From: Nageia nagi
Lineage: Eukaryota > Plantae > Pinophyta
Assembly (NCBI GenBank): GCA_050084985.1
Contig: JBITNC010000002.1
Location: 19,964,001 to 20,028,000, forward strand
Reading direction: 5' to 3'
DNA length: 64,000 nucleotides
Both the position numbers and the translations under genes were made by a program. The notes beneath the pieces are model-generated. The model was given only the letters and a program-made list of their open reading frames with translations. It searched no databases and was not told the DNA's origin. Shown piece after piece: positions 49,660 through 61,031 of this stretch; position 1 is the first letter of the stretch; the number at the start of each line of letters is the position of its first letter.

Positions 49660-52162
49660 ATTGTTGTATAAGATATAGATACCAATAATAAACAAAATGA
49701 AAATCGTATCCACAACATAAAGATACAAAGATTTACCTTGGTTTACCTAATATGGATAGGCCAACATGTCAGATATTGATTAATGTCTTGGGTCACAAGA
49801 GTAATACATTTATAATAGTTTTATTAAAAACTTCAATGCTTCCATAACTTGCATATTCTATTAACAACTACATAAAATCCTCTACAACCTCTCAACAAAC
49901 TTTAAAATGGCTTTCTCTCATATATTAATAATAGGAAATAACCATATAACAATCTAAAATATCAACCAAACTCGCCAACTCCTTCTAGAGATGGCAATGA
50001 ATATTTTATAGGTAAAATTGAAGCCTCCTGAAAGATAAATAGCTAACCAAATGTCTCAAACAATTAGGAAATGCCTTAAATCACTTTATCTTCCTTCATA
50101 ATTGTTATTTCATCTTAGTGTTGGTGTTGAATGATATGGTTAAGTAGTCAAAATAACATACGTTCCTAGTTAAGTAATGGATTATCATAAGACCAGTTTA
50201 TGATTCGCTTCACATCAACACATCTCCATAACTCCCTTGAATGCATATGATATTGAAAATTTTGATCTCTAACAAACTCATTAAAAGATCATGCATGAAG
50301 ATTAATGTTGGCATTATTGGTAGTGTTAGCACTAAGCTATAATGCACAGAACATAACCAATTCAAAGGTACATCTCAAAAATGAGCATGAAGACCCTTAG
50401 TAACAATCTTCACTATATGAATATGAGATTTAGATCATGCCTCTCCAATGATAAGGGTTTTGGTCCCCAAAAGCTTTCACTTCGAAGCATACGAGTAATA
50501 ATTCCTCCACTCTGGTTTTATGATACCATTTTGCTTTGTTAAGCTTTTGTCCTTTCAACCTAATCAACCAAAGCTTATGTTCTCCCCTTTTTATCACATG
50601 AACCTTATTTTGCAAAATTGTATCCTCTCCAAGTTCATTCATATTTGTTAGATAAGTATTATCAATTTATGGAAAATCTCAACGTATTGTCTTCTCTTCT
50701 GCAGTTAATATAAATGGCTCAAATAATTTTAAGTTATCCACATTCATAATCAAATAAATATTCACTAGGTAGGTAGATTCAACTTAAAAGCATTTTCAAT
50801 CACTTTATCTACAATGTCAAATGGCCATGCCTTATAGGTTTCATCTTTTTTATTGGTCCTTGCAACCTCTCTCTGTTGAGATGTAACCAAACTCTATCTC
50901 CCACTTGAAACTTATGGTCAACTTTATGTTTATAGTGGCATATCTTATACTTAGAATATCTTACTTTGAGTTTCTCTTGAACCTTCAAATGAATTTTCCT
51001 TTACCAATAAATTATTCAACATATTCTTCTTCTTTTATAACTAAAATGTCCTTATCCTTTTATTGTCCAAACACATAATCAAAAGGCGATGGATGAAGGT
51101 ATTGAAAATAAGTCTCAAATGGAGTTTTACTTGTGGAAGTATGAATTTCCCTATAAGAGTATTGGATGTAAACAAGATGTTCATACCAAGTCTTTGCATT
51201 TTTTACATAATATCCCTATAATAACTAAACTATTATCCGATTCGCCACTTCTATTTAACCATCAATACGAGGATGAAAAGTGGTACTCCTCTTCAATCTT
51301 GTATTCATCTTCTTACATGGACTTGAAACATACATCTTTTTAAATATATCCACAACTACAAATAAATAGTCATGTCCCCTTTTAGAAATAGGTAAACCTT
51401 TAACATAATCCATTGAGATACTTTCCCAAGCTTAGTTTGGAACTGGAAGTTACATATACAAATCCAATTCCATGTTACTTATTTTGTTGATACAACACAT
51501 TACACACCCTCATATATACTTTACAACTTGATCTTGCATCTTTGGTCAATACACATATCTTTATAAATTATATATTATCTTTCCCATACAAAATGACCAA
51601 TAATATTAGAAGTATGTGTCTCTCTAATCAACTAAATTCTTTCACTTTCAAGAAAAATACAACACATTTAAATTATAAACAAGTCCATCTACAAGATGAT
51701 AATCATCTATAACTTCACAATCTAATCTGAATATTTTCTTTAGCTTCTTATAAACTTCACCAACATTAGAATTTGTCAAGTATGCTTCCAAAAATGCTTC
51801 ATGAATAAAAGTACAAACTTCCATTATTGAAATTAAAGCTAAATCACCTTTGTAACCCAATGTTGGTAGCATTGATGCTTTTGGATAAGTGGTCTAAACA
51901 ACATGCTTGCAAGTTTATTTGTACTTCCCTTCTTATACTAGATGATGATATGAAATTTTTGTAAAAACCCCATCCATCTAAAATACCGTGCTTGTTGCAA
52001 TCTCGTTTGAGTTTATAAATACTATAATGGTTGATGATCAATATGAATTATAGTTTTCTTACCCATCGAATAATACTTCAATTTATTCATCACTTATACG
52101 AATGCATGTAATTACTTATTGTATGTTGCATAGTTTAAAACTACTCTAGTAAACTTCTCAAA
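49660..52162 (-). mobile_element. Degraded Ty3/gypsy 3' half (RNase H, integrase, C-terminal domain, PPT, LTR), interrupted by the copia at 52163
   Basis: Relics resembling 'QQARH..WMGFLQKFH...KYKKG..NKLA' (51840-52040) and ORFs 51648-51872 and 50430-50642. Purine tract GGAGAGGCA precedes TG at about 50436. Confidence 0.6.
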
Positions 52163-55100
52163 TGAAGGACCTAACACTAACAATATAATTACTAATCAAC
52201 CAAGATCACATGAAAGCTCTCAAATTTACATCTAACAAACTCACACATAAGATAATCTCACAAAGTAACTCAAGATGTAAAGTGGTTCCTCCAACTAGGA
52301 GTACATCTACTAATTAGATCTTTACTTCAATCACAAATTCAACTCTCTTACAATTCTCCTAATCTCAACTCCTACACTTCTATCCTATAGCATAACTTTA
52401 CTCCACAATTAGTGTGTAATCACAAAGAGGGAGCCTTCTATTTATAGTCCAAAATCTCTCTTTGGATCATTATTTTATCCAATGTACAAAAGCATGACAT
52501 GCGCATCCTTTTACCTAAGGGGCATGCTCATGACATAGAGTGTAGGACAAGTTACATTATTATATTCACTTAAATACTCAAGGTATCAAATGATACCCTT
52601 AAGTATTAGTGAATTTACATAGAAGATTTTATACAACCTTTACAATAATGCATTATACATTCTAACATTCCCCCTTAATGCAATATTGGGATAGAGCGAG
52701 TAAGAGAGAAGAAGAAGCGAAAGTAAGAGAGTTCTCCTCCAAATAGATACAACGAAGATGAAAATTTTTTACATATTTGTGAAGTAAGAAAGATCTAGTT
52801 TGAAACTCACTACTTTACCAAATACAATCATTAACCACAACCAGTTTCAATATACATGAAGTAGTCATCCAATTGGAAGTCATGAAGAGTCTCTAAGAGC
52901 TTACATACTTGAGGTAAGTAACCTATAATCTCAAAAGAACCTACAAGTCATAAGCAGCTAAAATAACAAGATCAGTTAGATGCATCATATTCATATCAAC
53001 AAGGATAGATGAATCACACAAATGCCATCATGAACTGATCAATGGTGCACTATAAATCATCATGAAGATGCCATGCCAAAAACTTATAGTCACCTATTAT
53101 ATATAAAACATGTGTTGATTATCATTACAAAATAGAGCATGCACATATGAGTTCCTCACATATGAATAACTAAACAGTGCCAAAAGACACATAAGAGTTC
53201 CTCACACATGGATAATTGAACAATGCTAGATTGACCAAAAATAGAGTATGCACATACAAGTTCCTCACATATGGATAACTGAATAGTGCCAAAAGACACA
53301 TAGGAGTTCCTCACACATGGATAACTGAGCAGTGCTAGATTGACTAAAAAATAGGGTATGCACATATGAGTTCCTCACATATGGATAACTAAACAGTGCC
53401 AAAAGACACATAAGAGTTCCTCACACATGGAGAACTGAATAGTGTAAGATTGGCCAATTTGTACAAGTTCCTCACATAGAGCAAACTTACCATGAAGGTG
53501 TACAACAAAATAAACACTATACAACACAAAATCCTCCTTGGGGTAAAGTTGTCATCACACACATGAATTGAACATAAGAATTCAAACTTCACTCCCTCTT
53601 GAGGGCAACTTCACCAACCCAATAACATCCCTTAGCTTACAGAATTGAGCTTTTGGGAGGGGCTTGGTGAACAAATCAATGGAGTTCAAGGTGAATGGAA
53701 AATACTTTAGGTGTATGATGCCATTAAGAACCTTCTTCTTAATAAAATGGGCATGGATTTTCACATGTTTTGTTCTCTAACGGAACACAAGATTCTTGGC
53801 CAAAGAAGTATCCAATTGGTTATCTGATGAGATCACCCAATTTCTTTTAGAAGATGCCTTGGCCAAATGGCTTTCTAGGCTACAACAGACATGGCATGAT
53901 ATTCAGGTTCTATGGTGGAAAGAGAATCAATAGGTTGCTTCTTAAAAGCTCAAGAGATAGCACCTAAACCAATCCTAAACACATATGCAATCACTTCCTA
54001 TCATCTCTATCTCCCCAATAAGCAAAATCTAAGAATCCAAAGAGAACAAATGAGGGTAACTTGGAATACTTGAGAGCAAGATCCTTAGTCCTTGCAACAT
54101 ACCTCAAAATTTGCTTAATAGCTTGAGGTGCTCAACATAAGGTTTCTACATGAATTATGCCATCAAATTCACTATAAAGGTAATATATAGCTTGGATATA
54201 GTCAAATACAAAAGACTACCAATTAATTGCCTATAAGCTATAGCATTAGCTAACTGAGAGTTGGAGCTTAGAGAAATAGCAATTCTAGGAGAGACTTAGA
54301 TCACAGCAAATTTGCACTCCTCCATTCGAAACTTTTGTAAGATGTCTGATATATACTTAGATTGATTAAGGTAAGTACAATCCTTGTATTGATACACTTG
54401 CATTCCAAGATAGTAGTGCAATAAACCAAAATCAGTCATTTCAAACATTACCTTAAGTTTGGATATGCATTCTTGAATGATTTCATCATTATTCCCAGTA
54501 ATCAAAAGATCATCCACATAAAAAAGAATCAAGACCATGTCTTTTCCTTGATTGAGCACATATAGATCAGAGTAAAAAAAACACTTAGAGAATCTAATGT
54601 CTGTAAAGTACCCAAACATCTTTCTATGCCAAGCTCAAGGTGCTTGTTTAAGTCCATACAAAGACTTCTTTAGCTTGCACACAAAGGACTCTTTACCTTC
54701 CACAATAAACCCTTTTGGTTGATTCATGAAGATTTTCACATCTAAGTCACCATTAAGAAATGCACTCTTGACATCAAGTTGAAAAACTTTCCATCCTTGA
54801 GCTATACAAAGAGCAAAGATAATTCTCATAGTAGGCATCTTTTCCATGGGAGCAAAGGTTTCCTCATAATCCACATCATATTTCTAAGCAAAATCTTTAG
54901 CTACTAACCTTACCTTGTATTTCTCAATATCTCCAACTGAATTGAACTTGACCTTGTAGATCCACTTATTACCAATCATATTCTTATCATTGATATAAAG
55001 AACTAAGTCTCAAGTTTTATTTTTCATAAGCACCTCATACTCCACTTTCATGGCTTCCATCCAACACTCATGCTTAGAAGCTTCTTTTAATGTTGAGGGC

Positions 55101-57323
55101 TCATGGTTGTTGTCAATCTTGGTAATTAAGGATTTGTTCAAGGTCATGCTTCTTATTACCTTTTATGTTGGAGAATTTTATTCTTGAAGTGACTTGTTTA
55201 TATCAATATCCAACCAGCTAGGAGCAACTAAAGAGTCCTTTGGATCATCAACATCCTTGTTAGAATTAGATTCTTCAAGAAGTTCATTGAACTTTACATC
55301 CATTGAAATGAACACTGCTTTATAGGTTGGAGAGTAGAGCTTGTAGCCTCTATGCTAATTGTCATAACCTATAAAAATGCATTTTTTAGATCTTTTGTCC
55401 AACTTCTTCCTTTTCTCAGAAATAATAAGAAAGCTTCACAACCAAACACCCTAAGGTGAGAAATATGAGGTTTTCTTTTTGACTATGCCTCAAAAGGAGT
55501 TTTACTCTGAATGACTTTTGTGGGATACCTATTCAAGGTGTAAATAGCAGTGCTCATAGCTTCACCCCATAAGAACTTAGAAAGATTACCCAACATGCAT
55601 CTAGCCATCTCTATAATTATTCTATTTTTTCTTTCAATAACACCATTCTGCTGAGGAGTGTAATGAATCAAAACACCCTCTTGATTCCATATTCAGCACA
55701 ATAGTCATTGACCTCATTGTTGTTATATTCTCCCCCATTATTTGATCTCAACATCTTAATTTTTAAGGTTAATTTGATTTTCAACAAAGGCCTTAAAAAC
55801 CTTAAAACTCTCAAAGGTTTGATCCTTATGCTTTAGTAGATATCCAAAGGTCATCCTACTAAAGTCATCAATGAAGGTTAAGATTTAAGATGCTCCTCCA
55901 AGCAACTTAATCTGAAATGGACCCATAAAATCTGAATGCACAAGTTGAAGAAGTTGAGATGCTCTTGTTACCTTAACTTTTTCAAACTTTTGTATAAGCA
56001 TCTTACCAAGAATGCACTTCTTGCATAGACCAATCGAAGGAGAAATTGAAAGCAAGCCTTACACAAGTTCTTGGTCTTTTATGACTTGAATAGTTTTATG
56101 GTTAAGATGCCCTAAATGATGGTACCAAAGATTACTTTTGGAACACACACTAGAAGTAAGACACATCTTTGATAGAACTTGATCCATAATGTAGAGGTTA
56201 TCTTTCATTGACCATTTAACCAATATGGCAAGTCCATATTTTATGCATCATGATAGAGAGTTAAACTCAAACAAGTACCCTTTTCTAGTAACTTTGATCA
56301 TAGAGAGAAGGTTTATCCTAAGCTTAGTAATAAAGAGAACATTATCAATAACCTTCTCTTGAATCAACACACTCTTAATTTCTTGGACTTCAAGGGTAGA
56401 GTTATCACCTATCATAACTACATCTTGTACTTGTGAAAGTTCTCAAACTTTTCCTTTTTAAGGCATAGGTGATCAACGTAACTAGAATCAACAATCTAAT
56501 TAGAAAAGAGTGAATCATGGATAAAAGATTCGTCATGCTTAAATATATGCATAGAAAGGTTCTCAAAGGAGAAGGTTTCTACTTCATCATCAAGCCTTAT
56601 TTCCATAACTGTTACAAAGTTTTCAAACTTTGAAGAATGATGAAGACCATGAACTCATCATTGATCTAATTGTACCCATAAGCAAAAAGTTTTTAGGTCA
56701 ATGATTTTGTTCAAGTAGATAGCCACATTTTCATCTTCCCCTTGACAAGATTGAAGCAACTTTTGGGGAATGGTAAACCTTCTTAAAAGGTTTAAACCAA
56801 AGGTAGATTTGCTTAAGCTTATCCCATGCTTCCTTTGTTGAAGTTGAAATTATCAAGACCACATCATCTGAAACTACATGATAAATCATGGAGGTTTCCA
56901 ACTCATTATTTGTGTTGTAAGCCTATAGTGCCTTCTCATCTGTAGGAGGTACAAGGTTCTCATTCACTATTTTCCATAGCTTCCTTGCTTGTAATTCAAC
57001 TCTCATCCGAGGTTCCCAAATCCCATAGTTGGAACCATCAAAAATGTGTTTGGGTAAAAAGGATTCTCCCATTTGCTACATAAAAATATGAAATAATAAG
57101 CATGTGTTTTCTATAATCAATATTAAATGTGAATTTTTAACTAAGTAAATAATACATGTTACATTTAACACTAAAGACATGTTTGATTTGATTCACAAGT
57201 GCAAATGTAGAATTCAAATAATACCCATATACCCAAATACATTTCTCATCTCAAGAATTGTAGATGTAGAGTGACATTGTTGAGGTTTGTTTTCTTATCT
57301 AAAATTAGGCTTTCATTTGGATG
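52163..57323 (-). mobile_element. Ty1/copia of the same family as 35088-43408: 3' LTR 52163-52667, degenerate gag-pol 57072-53582 with a gag deletion; leader interrupted at 57324
   Basis: LTR and internal sequence are reverse-complement homologous to the 35088 element. PPT at 52668-52681. YVDDLL and QLDVKSAFLNG ORF fragments. 3' UTR array 53140-53480 (3 dimers). Confidence 0.93.
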
Positions 57324-58453
57324 TGTTAGAATTTGTAATGAAATATTGTGAATATCTAAACTCCTTGTAAATTCAATTAATCACTTAAAGGATATCTAGA
57401 TACCTTAAGGGATTAATTGAATTCTTTATTATGTAAATTTTGACCTTACCAAGTGGTTAGTTGGTAGGTTAAAATTAGGTAATATATTTATTGTAACCCT
57501 AACCTTACCCTTGGGTTAAAGGGAGGTTAGGGAGGTGCTCTCATGCTATAAATAGAGGGCTTCTCCTCTTGTAATAAAAACTTAGATTTTGAGTAAGATT
57601 ACTCTACTAGTTTGTGTAGGAGAGAAAGGAAATGTAGTAAGAGGGTGCATAGTTTGAGAATTGAGATCTAGTTGTGGATGTACTCCCAAGGAGGGAGGAA
57701 CCACTTATATTGGTGTTATCTTGTGTGAATGGTGTTATTATCTTGTAGATGTTGAATGATTAAGTTTCCTATAGTCTTGGACCTTGAGGATTAGTGTAGA
57801 ACTAATTCCATCAATTGGTATCAGAGCTTGGTGTGGAAGCTCCTTCAACATTCTTTGAAACTTCTTCAATTTGGAGGTCTCCATTTCTCATCTTCTTACA
57901 TTGTTGAGGTAAAACATAATAGAAGGTATACATTTTTTACCTTCTTGGTCAATTATTGAATAATTGTATTTTACCACTAACATATTGTGTGCTATATGTT
58001 GACTATTGTTGAGCTAAATATGATTAACAATTTTTGATACTAACCTCTTTTGTGAATAGTTTTATTTTTGTAAATTACTTATTTGCTCATTATTTAAGAG
58101 GATAGTATACAAAAATTAAGTTTAGGAATTTTTTTTCTTATCTTATGGAGAAGATAATTTTTTAACCTTTTTTTGTTAATAAAAATGGGTAATTTCTTTT
58201 GTGAGAGGGAGAAATTTCAATTTTTTTATTTTATAACATTTAGAAATTTAAACAATTAAATATTTTTTTCAATTAAATTATTTTGAGGGGGAGACCGCGA
58301 CCTTCATGAACATTTCGCAGTCTTGGTATCAAAAAATTAATTAAAACGGAAATACTACATTCTTGTTTCAAACTTCAATCTTCTGAACCTCGCCAGAACT
58401 TCTTGCTTGAGAGTTGCTAGAGGTCGCAGGGTCGATTCCATACAAGCATTGAA

Positions 58454-58678
58454 ATGCTAAGACTAAGAAAGATAGGGCACACCATTCGTAATGGTGTGCG
58501 ATCTCTATCGATAGTGGCCATTGATGAGGTTCTGGTGGAAGGATCTGCCTGCTCTCGTAAAGCCATTCTCAACAGGCCTTCTTCCCTCAATGCCTTCAAT
58601 ATTTCCATGGTTACACAACTTCATAAGCTCTATCAGGCATGGGAAGATCATCCCGACATAGGCTTTGTTGCGATAAAA
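58454..58678 (+). pseudogene. HIBCH: Captured intronless 5' fragment of a mitochondrial 3-hydroxyisobutyryl-CoA hydrolase-like (crotonase family) gene inside the copia leader
   Basis: MLRLRKIGHTIRNGVRSLS...DEVLVEGSACSRKAILNRPSSLNAFNISMVTQLHKLYQAWEDHPDIGFVAIK matches the N-terminus of plant mitochondrial HIBCH-like proteins (VLVEG..CSR.AILNRP..LNA...WE.DP.IGFV..K). It stops just before GxGRAFCAGGD. Confidence 0.88.
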
Positions 58679-61031
58679 CTAAATGCTGCCATAACCCCCT
58701 GGATAGGCCACTCTTCTCCCCCTCGCACTCTGAGCAATGCAATGGACCTCCACCGTAAATCTCCACCTCCCTATAAAAATTTATTAATTTGAGAGGCAAA
58801 AGCAAGAGAAATGAATACTATCATAGCGCAGGCAGAGAGATTAAGAACTATGATCGTTCTCCAATGGTTCGTATACCCTAACATTTCCTTCGCCATGCTG
58901 GATGCTGATGTGGACGAAGAGGATGTCGATGTGGCACCCTATGTTTGAGCCTAAGAATTAGCATTCCTAAGCATTCTAGTAACAACACCCAGGCCATCTG
59001 TCTGGATTGCAGATCCAAAAGTTTTGGAGAGGCTCACCACTATGAGAGGCTCCCTCCTCTTCACCACCTTCAATCCTACATGGACATGATCATCTAACAT
59101 GGCATCCCCATCGATCAAGACATGGACATGGTCCTACAGAGGAGGCAGAGTAACCATGAGTTGGGATTGGAGCTTCAACACCACCTGTTCCTCATCCTCC
59201 ATCGAAGACCACTCTAGTTCTATCTTCAGTTTGCAAGAGGAAGTGGAGATTGGATTATCTGATTCAGATTCTCCACGTCCCTTTAACATCTACTCTTCTC
59301 CTACACAACCCTCTTCTCCTCCCTCTACATCTTCTCCTTGACGTTGCCCTCCTTGTCTTAGAATAAAGTTGGAGGTTTCTTTTTTTTCTTCTTTGTGCAT
59401 TTAATTTTTTTATTGACTACTTGCATATTCTTAAATGCACATGCAAAGCAACATTTACTCCTTCTTGGTAAGGGAAGGGTAGCCATTTTTCTTACCTAAA
59501 AGCATTTATTGCTTAAGTAAAAGTAGCATTAACTATGCATAGGTCTCCTTTCTTTTTCATCAATACTTGTAAGCTCTCTAGAAGCAAACATATACTTTTT
59601 GGTAGGCATTTAATATTTTTTGCTTGCTTATAAGTCATTTATTCCTATTAAATGCACTTAGAAGTACTTATACTCCAACTTTAAGCATTGTCATGATGAC
59701 TATAATACTTTAAAGTAAGTAGATACATCATTACTCTTCAATGCTCTCCAATTTTTTAGAAAAATGTGGCAAATAAAGTTAATTCTTTAGGAGTATATTT
59801 TTATTTGCCTTAACTACTTTTAAGTTTGGCAATTTACTTAGGTAAAATGATAAATATTAGTGTAACATTAACACTTTAAGGGATTTTTTTTACCTAAGTA
59901 TTTTTTAATGATTTCATGTTTCCTAAAAGGGAAACCTATGCTATTTTTTAAGTAAATAAGGGAATTTTTTTTTTACTTAAAATATAAATGCATACTTAAA
60001 AGACAATTTTTTTAGCATACAAGTTTTAGGGATAAAACCTTAAGTAAAAAAAGGGGGAATTTGTATAGTTTTTTACTTAAAACTTTATCTAGATATTGCA
60101 TGCTAAATTTGTAATGCATGCCTCTTAATCTTGTGTAGGAATAAAGCATGTTTGTACTTAAAATTTTTAAGTTATATAATACATTTTTAATAAGATAAAT
60201 GATGCATGTTTGTTACTTAATTTTTAAGTTATGGATTAATGCTAAGTAGGACTTAGCCTTTTTTAAAATTCATTAAAGTGATGAATGAATTTGTGAACTT
60301 GAGCAAGTATGCAAAATGTAAAAATGTCCTTTAGGGGTTAGTACAAAACCCATTGGACTCTTATATCTCAAGTTCTTGTGGATGATGTATTTTTAATACT
60401 TTACTTTATATTTTTGCATAATTGCTTTATACTTGCAAAATGCAAAATATTAAAAGTAACCCCTAAAATGAACACATCCGCACGTACTTTTCCACAACAT
60501 GACTTGTTTGGGGAGCCACGAGGGGAGGATAGGGCAGACTAGAGCCTTTTTAGTCCGAAGAACCAAGTGGTGGTAAATCCATCTTAATTGCCCCTAAGAC
60601 CTCTGTTGGATTGGACATAACTCTATTAGGTGGATAGGCATGTGTGTAGTGATACCACATGTTCGCACGTCCATTCAGGGATTATCCAGATAACCTAGGA
60701 GGAAAACTTGAAAACCTTAAATAAGATAATTAAAATGGTCGGTCTAAGATACGTCGGATCTTTGAAAAATAGTTGGTACTTCTCTTTAAGAGAGTATATT
60801 ACTGACCAAGGTGAACTAGTTGAGGACTGGTAGTACTTGGGCTCCACTTTGCGGGCATCCAGGTGAAGGCCTAATTCTATACAAGAAAATAACCTCAACT
60901 TTATCCTTCTACGGATCTTGGTTTATAAGTTTGCACATGTGGGACATGTTTACTTATCAATGTTTGATTTGTATAGATGGTAAATTGTAGAAATTTATTC
61001 ATTCTTCTTGCTTATTTACTTTTGTGTAGTA

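Noticed and set aside
60628-60700. Resemblance to group II intron domain V/VI (CGCACGTCCATTC with an AC bulge)
   Set aside because: No AGC/CGC catalytic triad and no bulged-A/AY 3' end; treated as part of the leader structured RNA instead
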